DNA from: an uncultured Alphaproteobacteria bacterium
Lineage (GTDB): Bacteria; Pseudomonadota; Alphaproteobacteria; Rhizobiales; Hyphomicrobiaceae
Direction of reading: 5' to 3'
NCBI GenBank assembly: GCA_963726555.1
Contig: CAVSCT010000021.1
Span: 373,302 to 437,301 of the forward strand
DNA length: 64,000 bases
Each line of letters opens with the position of its first letter. Within the stretch, counting starts at the first letter, position 1. Positions 11,302 to 20,918 of this stretch are shown piece after piece. The notes below the pieces were generated by a model. That model was not told the origin of the DNA. It saw only the letters and a program-made list of their open reading frames with translations, and ran no database searches. The position numbers and the translations under genes are program-made.

Positions 11302-13332
11302 ATGGCACGTTCGCCCGAGACGAAAGCCAGGCTCAACCGTATTGCAGGCCGTGGCATCGCCAGCCTGATCGGCACCGTGGGCCGCACCTCGCGCATTATC
11401 TACGATCCGGCCGACCTTTTGACCCGGCTCGAGGCTATGCACCCCGTTATCGTGGCGACCTGGCACGGCCAGTTCATGATGACCTCGGGCTTCTGGCCAT
11501 CGAAGCGCGTCAAGGTTGCGGCCATGGTCGCCCGCCACGGCGACGCCGAGCTGATCGGCGCCGCGATGGCGCATCTGGGTGTGGAGCTGATCCGCGGGGC
11601 TGGCGCCGGTCTGCGCCGCAAGGACCGCGGCGGCGCGCATGCATTGCGGGCGGCGGTGCGGGCGTTGAAGGACGGCTACTCCGTCGTAATGACCGCGGAT
11701 GTGCCCCCGGGCCCTGCGCGCCGCGCCGGAACCGGCATCGTGACACTCGCGCGGCTCTCCGGGCGCCCGATCGTCCCCGTCGCCTCGGCGACCTCGCGCT
11801 TCGTGGCGCTCAAGACCTGGAGCCGGATGACGATCAACCTGCCGTTCTCCAAGCTCGCCTACGTGATCGGCGAGCCTATCAGCGTGGCACCCGACGCCGA
11901 CGAGGCCGCGCTCGAAGCCGCGCGTGTGGGACTCGAGCGCTCGCTTGGCGCCGCCACCGCGCGTGCCTACGCCCTTGCCGGCGCCGACGCCAAGCGCATC
12001 ACGCCCTTGCGCCTCGACGATCCCGATGCGCCGCCGGCCGAGCCCGATCTGCGCCTCAAGGTCTATCGCGCCGGCATGAGCCTGCTGCGCCCCATCGCCC
12101 CGCTGATCCTCAAGCTGCGCGAACGCAGCGGCAAGGAGGACCCGCGCCGGCGCGGGGAGCGCTTCGGCGAGCCGAGTGCCGCGCGACCGGAAGGTATGCT
12201 CGCGTGGATCCACGCGGCAAGCGTCGGCGAGACCAACTGCGTGCTGCCCGTGATCGCCGCGCTCGGCGCGGCGCGTCCCGATCTGAGCTTCCTTCTGACC
12301 ACCGGCACCGTCACCTCGGCCGGCTTGGCGCAACGCCGCCTGGGTCCGCGCGCCCTGCATCAGTACGTGCCGCTCGACGCGCCCGAGTACGCCGCTCGCT
12401 TCCTGGAGCATTGGCGCCCTGATCTGGCCGTGTTCACTGAATCGGAGATCTGGCCGTCGCTGATCATGGCGACCTCGGCGCGCAGCATTCCGCTGGCGTT
12501 GGTGAATGCGCGCCTGTCGCACCGCAGCCGGCGCCGCTGGCAGCGCCACAGCGGCATGGCGCAGCCGCTGTTCAACCGCTTCGACGTGGTGCTGGCGCAG
12601 AACGACCGCCTCGCGGCCGGCTTTTCCTCAGTGGGCGCGCGCAACGTTGCCTCCGTCGGCAATCTCAAGATCGACGCGCCGCCGCCGCCGGTGGATTTGA
12701 GCGAGCTCGAGCGCCTCAGGGATGCGCTGCGCGCGCGCCCGGTGTTCCTCGCCGCCAGCACGCACGAGGGCGAGGAGGAGATCGTCGCGGATGCGCACCG
12801 CCAGCTCGCGCGCAATTTCGAGGGCTTGTGCACCATCATTGCGCCTCGCCATCCCGAGCGCGGCACCGCGATCGGCGAGCGTCTCAAGGATCTGGGCTTC
12901 ACGGTCGCGCAGCGCTCGCTCGGCGCAGTGCCGGGGGAGCGCACTGAGATCTACATCGCCGACACGATCGGCGAGCTTGGCACGCTCTACGCGCTTTCGC
13001 CGCTCGCCTTTATCGGCGGGTCGCTGGTCGAGCGCGGCGGCCAGAATCCCATCGAGGCCGTGCGCCACGGCGTCGCCGTGATCACCGGACCGCACTGGCA
13101 AAATTTCACCGATGCCTACCGCGCGCTGCTCCGTCACGAGGGCGCTGTCGAGGTGACCTCGGCGCGGGCGCTCACCGACGCGGTCTCGCGACTGCTGCAG
13201 AGCCCGGCCGAGCTCGCCCGCATGCGCGCCGGCGCGACGCAGGCGCTGGCCGCGCTGTCGGGTGCGCTCGAGAAGACGGTCGCGGCGCTGCTGGCCTATC
13301 TCCCCGACGGGAGATTGCAGCGTGCGTCTTGA
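11302..13332 (+). CDS. waaA: Fusion of DUF374 (LpxJ-type acyltransferase) and Kdo transferase WaaA
   Basis: N-terminal ~230 aa: ATWHG, HGDAE, TADVPPGP, KTWSRMTINLPFS. C-terminal: WIHAASVGE, HQYVPLD, ESEIWP, GNLKID, AASTHEGEE, APRHPER, DTIGEL, GGQNPIE. One uninterrupted 676-aa ORF. Confidence 0.88.
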   Translation: MARSPETKARLNRIAGRGIASLIGTVGRTSRIIYDPADLLTRLEAMHPVIVATWHGQFMMTSGFWPSKRVKVAAMVARHGDAELIGAAMAHLGVELIRGAGAGLRRKDRGGAHALRAAVRALKDGYSVVMTADVPPGPARRAGTGIVTLARLSGRPIVPVASATSRFVALKTWSRMTINLPFSKLAYVIGEPISVAPDADEAALEAARVGLERSLGAATARAYALAGADAKRITPLRLDDPDAPPAEPDLRLKVYRAGMSLLRPIAPLILKLRERSGKEDPRRRGERFGEPSAARPEGMLAWIHAASVGETNCVLPVIAALGAARPDLSFLLTTGTVTSAGLAQRRLGPRALHQYVPLDAPEYAARFLEHWRPDLAVFTESEIWPSLIMATSARSIPLALVNARLSHRSRRRWQRHSGMAQPLFNRFDVVLAQNDRLAAGFSSVGARNVASVGNLKIDAPPPPVDLSELERLRDALRARPVFLAASTHEGEEEIVADAHRQLARNFEGLCTIIAPRHPERGTAIGERLKDLGFTVAQRSLGAVPGERTEIYIADTIGELGTLYALSPLAFIGGSLVERGGQNPIEAVRHGVAVITGPHWQNFTDAYRALLRHEGAVEVTSARALTDAVSRLLQSPAELARMRAGATQALAALSGALEKTVAALLAYLPDGRLQRAS

Positions 13333-14386
13333 GGAGCCCGGCTGGTGGTACGGGGAGGCGCCGGACGTGCGCGCGCTTCTGCTCGCCCCGCTGGGTTCGC
13401 TCTATGGATGGATCGCGCAATCGCGCTATCGGCGCCGCCAGCCTTACCACTCGCGCTTTCCCGTCATCTGCGTGGGCAATTTCACGGCGGGCGGTAGCGG
13501 CAAGACGCCACTCGCGATCGCCATTGCCAGGCAGCTGCTCGCGCGTGGGACGGCGCCGGTGTTCCTGACGCGCGGTTACGGCGGCAGCGACGCGGGCCCT
13601 TCCTGGGTCGAAGACGGACCCGGCGCGGCGCGGCGCTTCGGGGACGAGCCGCTGCTGCTCGCCCGCGTCGCGCCCACGATGGTTGCCCGCGACCGCGCCG
13701 CGGGAGCGCGCGCGATCGAAGCAAGTGGCCGCCAGGTCGGCGCCATCGTCACGGACGACGGGCTGCAGAACGGCACGCTCGCGAAGAACCTGTCGATCGC
13801 CGTGGTCGACGGCGGGCGGGGCCTGGGCAACGGCGAGGTCATTCCCGCCGGGCCGTTGCGTGCGCCGATCGATTTCCAGCTCGGTCTCGTCGACGCCATC
13901 GTCGTGCGCGAGCCCGAGGAAGACGGGTCGGCAGCGGCCGGCGTGCACGAGCGCATGCGGCGCGGCTTTCCGGGGCCGGTGCTGGTCGCACGTATCACTG
14001 CCGCCGGCGATGCAGCGTGGCTTTCCGGAAAGCCTGTCGTCGCGTTTGCGGGGATAGCCAATCCCGAGCGTTTCTTCGCTCTGGCCGAAAGGCTCGGCGC
14101 GCGCGTTTTAGAGCGCGCAGCCTTCCCCGACCACCACGTGTTCTCGCGTGCCGATGTCAACCGCCTGCTCGCGCTGGCGCACGCCAAAGCGTGCGATCTG
14201 GTCACGACAGAGAAGGACTGGGCGCGGCTGGCGGGCGACGCAAGCCTATCCGCACTTGCCGGCAAAACACGCACGCTCGCCGTCGAGATGGTGTTCGACG
14301 AGCGCGATCTCGGGCGCCTCGTCTCGCTGATCGACGCAGCGACACTCAACCAGCGCTACCCGCGTACGCGCCCGCCTCGGCCGTGA
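13322..14386 (+). CDS. lpxK: Tetraacyldisaccharide 4'-kinase
   Basis: VGNFTAGGSGKTP, TRGYGG, GDEPLLL, DDGLQ, PAGPLRAP, AGIANP, FPDHH, TTEKD. Confidence 0.93.
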   Translation: MRLEEPGWWYGEAPDVRALLLAPLGSLYGWIAQSRYRRRQPYHSRFPVICVGNFTAGGSGKTPLAIAIARQLLARGTAPVFLTRGYGGSDAGPSWVEDGPGAARRFGDEPLLLARVAPTMVARDRAAGARAIEASGRQVGAIVTDDGLQNGTLAKNLSIAVVDGGRGLGNGEVIPAGPLRAPIDFQLGLVDAIVVREPEEDGSAAAGVHERMRRGFPGPVLVARITAAGDAAWLSGKPVVAFAGIANPERFFALAERLGARVLERAAFPDHHVFSRADVNRLLALAHAKACDLVTTEKDWARLAGDASLSALAGKTRTLAVEMVFDERDLGRLVSLIDAATLNQRYPRTRPPRP

Positions 14387-14601
14387 CGCCGCGTCTCGCA
14401 ATAGCGCTTCACCGAGACCTCCGGCGAGACGTAGGCCTCCTGCAATTCCACGCTCCAGTAGCGCAGATCCGGCAGCATGATCGGCTCGCCGGTGACGGCG
14501 CAGCGCACGAAATCGCCCGGCGAGACCACCTGGAACTCGCCGTCGAGGAATTTCACCTTGGCCTCGCCTCGGAGACCGAAAAACCTGTCGATCCGGTTCA
14601 T
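14356..14601 (-). CDS. DUF2093-like small protein
   Basis: PGDFVRCAVTGEPI....LRYWSVELQEAY. Confidence 0.8.
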   Translation of the reverse strand: MNRIDRFFGLRGEAKVKFLDGEFQVVSPGDFVRCAVTGEPIMLPDLRYWSVELQEAYVSPEVSVKRYCETRRHGRGGRVRG

Positions 14602-14716
14602 GGACCTCCTGAGTCCCTCTGCTTTCCGCGCCGCGCGGACTATTCAGCCATGACATTGCCAATCGCTGGGGCGGCGTCAAGGCGGCGTTGCGTTGTTGTC
14701 CTTAAAAGAGCGAGCG

Positions 14717-16195
14717 CTAGAACAATGAGCCCTGGCCGCTGCCGCGCGGGCGCCGCGTGCGCCGCAGCTGCGGATCGAACTCGGGCGCGGGTGCCACGGC
14801 CTCGCGTTCTTTGACGCCACCCGTGCGCACGGAACGCACCTCGGCGTCGGCGCAGCCGTCGCGGAACTCCAATTCAAGCGGGTCGCCTGCGTGCAGGTAC
14901 GCTGCCTCGCGCACCATGCGGCCGTCGCCATCGCGCACAAGCGCGAAGCCGCGTTGCAGTACGCCCTGGTAGCTGAGCGACGAGAGCAGCTTGGCAGCGC
15001 TTTCAAGCTGGCGCCGGCGCGCTGAGAGCCTGTTGATCAGGGCCTGACCAGCACGCGCCTGCAGGACGCCCGCGCGCTCGCCGCATACCGAGATGCGCTG
15101 GCGGATGGGGCCGGGGCGCAGTCGCGAGGCGGTGCGGACGTAGCGGGTGTGGTGGGCGCGCGTGTTGGCGAGCAGCGCGCGGGCAAGGCGCTTCTCGCAT
15201 GCGTCGAAGCGCTGCCGCGGCAGGGCGACGATATCCTCCAACCGCGGAAGCCCGCGCGCGGCGGCCTTGAGGTGCGCTCGCGCCGATTGCAGCGAGCGTC
15301 GCGCAGCCGAGGTAAGGCGCAGGCCAAATTTCTCCGTGCTTTCGGCGAGCTCGACGTATTTCGGCACCGCCCATTCGGCAGCCTTGGTCGGGGTCGGCGC
15401 GCGCGCGTCCGCGACGAGATCGATGAGCGTCCAGTCGGTCTCATGCCCGACGGCGGAGATGACCGGGATGCGGCTTGCCGCAACCGCGCGCACGACGATC
15501 TCCTCGTTGAAGCCCCACAGGTCCTCGAGGCTGCCGCCGCCGCGTGCGACGATCAGGATGTCGGGGCGCGCGAAGGCGCCGCCCGGGGCAAAGGCGTTGA
15601 ACCCGGCGATAGCGGCCGCGACCTCCTGCGCACAGGTCTCGCCCTGCACGCGCACCGGCCACACGATGACTCGCGTCGGGAAGCGCTCAGCGAAGCCGTG
15701 CAGCATGTCGCGGATGACGGCGCCGGTCGGCGAGGTGATGATGCCGACGAGGCGCGGCAGATACGGCCGCGGCTTCTTGCGCGCCTCCTCGAACAGGCCT
15801 TCCGCTGCGAGCTTGCGCCTCCTCTCCTCGATCAGCGCCATCAGCGCGCCGACGCCGGCTGGCTCCAGGCTCTCGATCACGATCTGGTATTTCGACGAGC
15901 CGGGGTACGTCGTCACGCGCCCCTGCACGACGACCTCCATGCCCTCCTCGGGTTTGACCTTCAGCCGCTGCCAGGTGGTCTTCCACACCACCGCGTCGAT
16001 CTTGGCCTTGTCGTCCTTGAGGCCGAAATAGCTGTGGCCGGAGGCGTGCTGGCCGCGGAAGCCCGAGATCTCGCCGCGCAGGCGCACGAAGCCGAAGCCC
16101 TCCTCCAGCGCGCGCTTGATGGCGCCTGCGAGGTCGGAGACGGTGAACTCGGTCACATTGGCGCCGGGCGCCTGCTGGGCTTGTGGCTGCGTCAC
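14717..16195 (-). CDS. xseA: Exodeoxyribonuclease VII large subunit
   Basis: GEISG..SGHSYF.LKD, ITSPTGAVIRD, ARGGGSLEDLWGFNEE, SAVGHETD, APTPT. Confidence 0.95.
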   Translation of the reverse strand: MTQPQAQQAPGANVTEFTVSDLAGAIKRALEEGFGFVRLRGEISGFRGQHASGHSYFGLKDDKAKIDAVVWKTTWQRLKVKPEEGMEVVVQGRVTTYPGSSKYQIVIESLEPAGVGALMALIEERRRKLAAEGLFEEARKKPRPYLPRLVGIITSPTGAVIRDMLHGFAERFPTRVIVWPVRVQGETCAQEVAAAIAGFNAFAPGGAFARPDILIVARGGGSLEDLWGFNEEIVVRAVAASRIPVISAVGHETDWTLIDLVADARAPTPTKAAEWAVPKYVELAESTEKFGLRLTSAARRSLQSARAHLKAAARGLPRLEDIVALPRQRFDACEKRLARALLANTRAHHTRYVRTASRLRPGPIRQRISVCGERAGVLQARAGQALINRLSARRRQLESAAKLLSSLSYQGVLQRGFALVRDGDGRMVREAAYLHAGDPLELEFRDGCADAEVRSVRTGGVKEREAVAPAPEFDPQLRRTRRPRGSGQGSLF

Positions 16196-16312
16196 GGTTT
16201 CCCGCCCGTTTGTTGGGGGCCAATTCGATGATACATCAGGCCGCGGCTGCGGGCGCGCGGCGCTTGCCTCGTGCCGCCGTTATCCAAGAGAGTTCCCCTT
16301 GAAGGTCTGGCG

Positions 16313-17601
16313 ATGAACGTTCTCCTCATCGGCTCCGGCGGACGCGAGCACGCCTTGGCCTGGGCCCTGCGGGCAAGTCCGCTGTTGGCGAAGCTCTACT
16401 GTGCACCGGGCAACGGCGGAATTGCGGAGATTGCCGAGTGCATCCCGCTCGCTGTGGCTGACCACACCGCAGTGATCCGCTTCTGCACGGATAACGCGAT
16501 CGATTTCGTCATCGTCGGGCCGGAGGTGCCGCTGGTCGCCGGCCTCGTCGACGATCTGACAACCGCCGGCATCAAGTGCTTCGGCCCGCGCCAGGCGGCG
16601 GCAGAGCTCGAGGGCTCCAAGGGATTTACCAAGGATCTATGCCGCGAGTTCGCCATCCCGACCGCCGCCTACGGCCGCTTCGACAACGTGGGGGCGGCCA
16701 AGGCCTATCTCAAGGACCAGAAGGCGCCGATCGTGGTGAAGGCCGATGGCCTCGCGGCGGGGAAAGGCGTCTTTATCTGCGAGACGATTGCCGAGGCCGA
16801 GGCGGCGGTCGAGGCGTGCTTTGCGGGCGCCTTCGGCAAGGCCGGTGCGGAGGTCGTCATCGAGGAATTTCTGACCGGCGAGGAGGCGAGCTTTTCGCGC
16901 TCGTCGACGGCGGCCACGCGCTGGAACTTGCCGCCGCGCAGGATCACAAGCGCGTCGGCGATGGCGACACCGGGCCCAACACCGGCGGCATGGGCGCCTA
17001 CTCGCCCGCGCCGGTGATGACCGACGCAATGGTGGAGCGGACCATGGCCGAGATCATCCGCCCGACGGTCGCCGCCATGGCCGCGCGCGGGACCCCGTTC
17101 AAGGGCGTGCTATTCGCCGGCCTCATGATCACGGCCGGCGGCCCGAAGCTCATCGAATATAACGTGCGCTTCGGCGACCCCGAGACGCAGGTGCTCATGG
17201 TGCGCCTGAAGTCGGATCTGCTGGCGGCGCTGCTCGCCACCGCCGACGGCGTGCTCGACAAGTTCGAACTGCGCTGGAGCGAGGAAGCAGCGCTCACAGT
17301 GGTCATGGCCGCCAACGGCTACCCGGGCCCCCCGCTGCTCGGCAGTGAGATCAAGGGGCTTAAGGCCGCCGCCGCGGTCGAGGGCGTCGAAATCTTTCAC
17401 GCGGGCACGCGGCGCGAGGGCAGCCGCTACTTTGCCAACGGCGGCCGCGTGCTCTCCGTCACCGCGGTGGGGCGCACGGTCGGCGAGGCGCGGGGGCGCG
17501 CCTACGCCGCGATCGCAAAGATCGACTGGCCCGGCGGATTCTGCCGCAAGGACATCGGCTGGCGCGCCATCGCCCGCGAAAAGACCCAAGTGTCGAGGTA
17601 A
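16313..17601 (+). CDS. purD: Phosphoribosylamine--glycine ligase (frameshift near 16893)
   Basis: [57 protein letters not shown]. Confidence 0.95.
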
Positions 17602-17670
17602 TTTTCGCCGGTCACCAACCGTCAAAGCGTTCCAACGTGGGGTGCCCCTCGTTTCCAACCTCAAGCGCGC

Positions 17671-18666
17671 GTGATGAGCAAAAAGCCGATCGCCATTCCT
17701 GCAACCTCGGCCAAGCCCGTGCACCCGTCACGCGGGCACACGATCGCGTTGGCGCTGGGCGGTGGGGGCGCGCGCGGGCTCGCGCACATCCCCATCTTGG
17801 AAGCCTTCGACGAGCTCGGCCTCAAGCCGAAGATCATGGCCGGCACCTCCATCGGCGCCGTATTCGCCGCGGCGTATGCGTCGGGGCTCACGGGCCGGCA
17901 GATCCGTGCGCACACGCAGGAGGTGCTGCGCAGCCGCGTCGACCTCGTGCGCGATCTTTACGCCGCGCGCGTGCGTGGCACGCGGCGCATCTGGAACGTA
18001 TTCCCGTCGGGCTCGGCCTTGCTCGCGGCCGAGCGCCTGCTCGACGTTGTCCTGCCGCAGAGCATCGGGCGCGACTTTGCGCATCTCGCGATCCCGCTCA
18101 AGATCGTCGCCTCCGACTTTTACGCGCAGGAGCCGGTCGTCCTCGAATCCGGACCCTTGCGCCGGGCGATCGCCGCCAGCATCGCGCTGCCGGTCATCTT
18201 CGAGCCGGTGCTGCTCGACGGCCGCGTGCTCATCGACGGCGGCCTCGTCAACCCGCTGCCGTTCGACCTCCTGTGCGACGAAGCCGACATCACCGTCGCC
18301 ATCGACGTGACCGGCGCGCCGGTGCGCCGGGAGGATCGCGACCGCCCCAACGGTTGGGAGGTGCTGTTCTCCTCGCACTTCATCTTCGAGCACACCATCG
18401 TCAAGGAGAAGCTGCGCTCGCGCCAGCCGGACGTCTATATCGAGGCCGGGACGAGCCGCTATCAGGTGCTGGATTTCCTGAAGCACGAGGAGATCTTCGC
18501 CGCCGCCGCGCCGGCCAAGGAGCGCCTGAAGGCGCAGCTTGCGCGTGTGCTCGACGCCGAGACGCTGCCGGCACTTGAGGCGCCCGAGGCGCACACGGAG
18601 ATCGCCGCGCCGCGACGATCCCCGCGCCGGGTGCTGCTCAAGCGCGGCCGCGGCGGCAAGGCCTAG
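17671..18666 (+). CDS. Patatin-like phospholipase
   Basis: LGGGGARG, GTSIG, DGG motifs. Confidence 0.88.
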   Translation: MMSKKPIAIPATSAKPVHPSRGHTIALALGGGGARGLAHIPILEAFDELGLKPKIMAGTSIGAVFAAAYASGLTGRQIRAHTQEVLRSRVDLVRDLYAARVRGTRRIWNVFPSGSALLAAERLLDVVLPQSIGRDFAHLAIPLKIVASDFYAQEPVVLESGPLRRAIAASIALPVIFEPVLLDGRVLIDGGLVNPLPFDLLCDEADITVAIDVTGAPVRREDRDRPNGWEVLFSSHFIFEHTIVKEKLRSRQPDVYIEAGTSRYQVLDFLKHEEIFAAAAPAKERLKAQLARVLDAETLPALEAPEAHTEIAAPRRSPRRVLLKRGRGGKA

Positions 18667-19127
18667 CGCTTTGCCTGGAAGAACGTCTTGAGCAGCACGG
18701 AGGCGCGCTGCTCGTCGATCCCAGCGTAGATTTCCGGCGCGTGGTGGCACGTCTCCTGACTGAAGACGCGCGCGCCATGCTCGACGCCGCCCCCTTTGGG
18801 ATCGGGGGCGCCGTAGTAGAGCCGGCGGATGCGGGCAAAAGAGATGGCGGCCGCGCACATGGGGCAGGGCTCCAGCGTCACGTAGAGGTCGCAGCCGGTG
18901 AGGCGCTCCGAGCCGAGCTTGGCGCAGGCTGCGCGAATCGCCAGCACTTCCGCGTGCGCGGTCGGATCGCTGAGTTCGCGCGTACGGTTGCCGGCGGCGG
19001 CGACGAGCGCGCCGTCGGGACCGGTAACGACGGCGCCAATGGGCACCTCGCCGCGCCCAGCCGCTGCCTCCGCCTCGGCAAGCGCACGCTCCATGGGGGA
19101 CACCGGGGAAGGAGTCTGCGGCGGCAT
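18663..19127 (-). CDS. tadA: tRNA adenosine deaminase-like nucleoside deaminase
   Basis: GEVPIGAV, DPTAHAE, TLEPCPMC. Confidence 0.82.
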   Translation of the reverse strand: MPPQTPSPVSPMERALAEAEAAAGRGEVPIGAVVTGPDGALVAAAGNRTRELSDPTAHAEVLAIRAACAKLGSERLTGCDLYVTLEPCPMCAAAISFARIRRLYYGAPDPKGGGVEHGARVFSQETCHHAPEIYAGIDEQRASVLLKTFFQAKR

Positions 19128-19185
19128 ATGGTCCAAGTCCTCGCGCGGTGTCATAAGGGGCCGGCCAACGACTAAACCAGATCCC

Positions 19186-20061
19186 ATGCCAAACAACCAC
19201 GCGCGCAAACGACCGACCCCTAAAGTTCGCAACAGCCCCGTTTCGCCGGCTCCGGGCGAGCCGCTGCGCATCGCCAAGGCGATGGCGCGCGCCGGCCTGT
19301 GCTCGCGCCGCGAGGCGGAGCGCTGGATCGGGGAGGGCCGCGTCAGGGTCAACGGTAAGCTGCTGACGACGCCGGCCTTCGAGGTCGGCGGCGGGGACAC
19401 GGTGCTTGTCGACGGCAAGCCGCTGCCCGTCGCGGACACCGCGCAGTTGTGGCGCTACTACAAGCCGAAGGGGCTGGTCACGACCCACAGCGACCCGCAA
19501 GGGCGCCCCACTGTGTTCTCGGCGCTGCCGCCGGAGCTGCCCCGCGTCATCTCCGTCGGACGGCTCGATTTCAACAGCGAGGGCCTGCTGCTCCTCACCA
19601 ACAGCGGCGCGCTCGCCCGCCACCTGGAGCTGCCCTCGACGGGATGGCTGCGGCGCTACCGTGTGCGTGCGCATGGCAGGGTCTCGCAAGCGCAGCTCGA
19701 TTCGCTTCGCGACGGCGTCGAGATCGAAGGCGTGCGTTACGGGCCGATCGAGGGGACGCTCGACAGCGTGCAGGGCGCGAATACCTGGCTGACGATTGGC
19801 CTGCGCGAGGGCCGCAACCGCGAGGTGCGACGCATCCTGACAAGCCTAGGGGTCGACGTGAATCGCCTCATCCGCACCTCGTACGGGCCATTCCAGCTTC
19901 TCGAGCTGAAGCCCGGTGCGGTCGAGCCGGTGAAGCGGCGCGTGCTGGCCGAGCAGCTCGGCGTGAAGATTGCCGCTGAGCTCGGGCTCGACGCGCCCGT
20001 GGAAGCGGAGCGGGTGCGCAGGAAGGAGCGCGCGAAGACCGGTCGCGCAAAGCAGCCATGA
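19186..20061 (+). CDS. rRNA pseudouridine synthase, RluB/RsuA family with S4 domain
   Basis: RIAKAMARAGLCSRREAE, YKPKG, VGRLDFNSEGLLLLTN, EGRNREVRR. Confidence 0.9.
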   Translation: MPNNHARKRPTPKVRNSPVSPAPGEPLRIAKAMARAGLCSRREAERWIGEGRVRVNGKLLTTPAFEVGGGDTVLVDGKPLPVADTAQLWRYYKPKGLVTTHSDPQGRPTVFSALPPELPRVISVGRLDFNSEGLLLLTNSGALARHLELPSTGWLRRYRVRAHGRVSQAQLDSLRDGVEIEGVRYGPIEGTLDSVQGANTWLTIGLREGRNREVRRILTSLGVDVNRLIRTSYGPFQLLELKPGAVEPVKRRVLAEQLGVKIAAELGLDAPVEAERVRRKERAKTGRAKQP

Positions 20062-20618
20062 GGATTGTCGCCGGGCGCTTGCGCGGCCGCGCCATCGCAA
20101 GCCCGAAGGACGAGGACGTGCGTCCGACCTCGGACCGCGTGCGCGAATCCTTGTTCAACGTTCTGGAGCACGGCATCGAGGGCTTCTCGCTATCGGGCGC
20201 GCGTGTGCTCGACCTGTTCGCCGGCACCGGCGCGCTGGGGCTCGAGGCCTTGTCGCGTGGCGCCGCGTTCTGCCTGTTCGTCGACGAAGGTGTGGCGGCG
20301 CGGGCCCTGATCCGCACCAATATCGAGCTGTTTCAGCTGACGGGTGCCACCCGGATCTTTCGCCGCGATGCGACCGACATGGGCCCCGCCGGCACCGTTG
20401 CACCGTTCGCGCTGGCGTTCCTCGACCCGCCCTACGGCAAGGGGCTGGGCGAGCGCGCGCTTGTCTCGCTCAGCGGTGGGGGATGGCTGCTGCCCGGCGC
20501 GGTGGCCGTGCTCGAGGGGCGCGTGAACGCGGAGATCGCGCTGCCGCGGGAATTCACCGAGATCGACCGCCGCACCTACGGCGATACGCAAATTCTGCTG
20601 GCGCGTTTCGAAGGCTAA
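20058..20618 (+). CDS. rsmD: 16S rRNA m2G966 methyltransferase
   Basis: MRIVAG..RPTSDRVRESLFN, LDLFAGTGALGLEALSRGA, DPPY. Confidence 0.93.
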   Translation: MRIVAGRLRGRAIASPKDEDVRPTSDRVRESLFNVLEHGIEGFSLSGARVLDLFAGTGALGLEALSRGAAFCLFVDEGVAARALIRTNIELFQLTGATRIFRRDATDMGPAGTVAPFALAFLDPPYGKGLGERALVSLSGGGWLLPGAVAVLEGRVNAEIALPREFTEIDRRTYGDTQILLARFEG

Positions 20619-20626
20619 TCCGGCGC

Positions 20627-20842
20627 CTACTCGGGCTCGCGCGGCATCAGGATCCACAACAGGATGTAGATGATGACACCCGGGAATGCAGCCGACAGCA
20701 GCGTGAGCGCGGCATAGACGACGCGCACGATGGTCGGGTCCCAGCCGAGCCACTTGGCAAAGCCTCCGCACACGCCGCCGAGCAGCGCGCCGCGGCGGAC
20801 GCGCATCAGCGGCTTCGACATGGGATCGTTGTCGTCCAGCAT
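20627..20842 (-). CDS. PspC-domain membrane protein
   Basis: LGGVCGGFAKWLGWDPTIVR ... YILLWILMP. Confidence 0.85.
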   Translation of the reverse strand: MLDDNDPMSKPLMRVRRGALLGGVCGGFAKWLGWDPTIVRVVYAALTLLSAAFPGVIIYILLWILMPREPE

Positions 20843-20918
20843 GGCGCGAAGATAGGGATTTCCGGGACGGGTGCAAGGCCGGCGCCTGCGGCGGGAGTGG
20901 ACAGGGCAAACAAGCCGT

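Noticed and set aside
17728-19689. 653-aa minus-strand ORF, and similar long antisense ORFs (e.g. 22824-24323, 28216-29604, 11227-12549)
   Set aside because: Shadow ORFs of high-GC coding strands; no motifs, and they overlap well-supported genes
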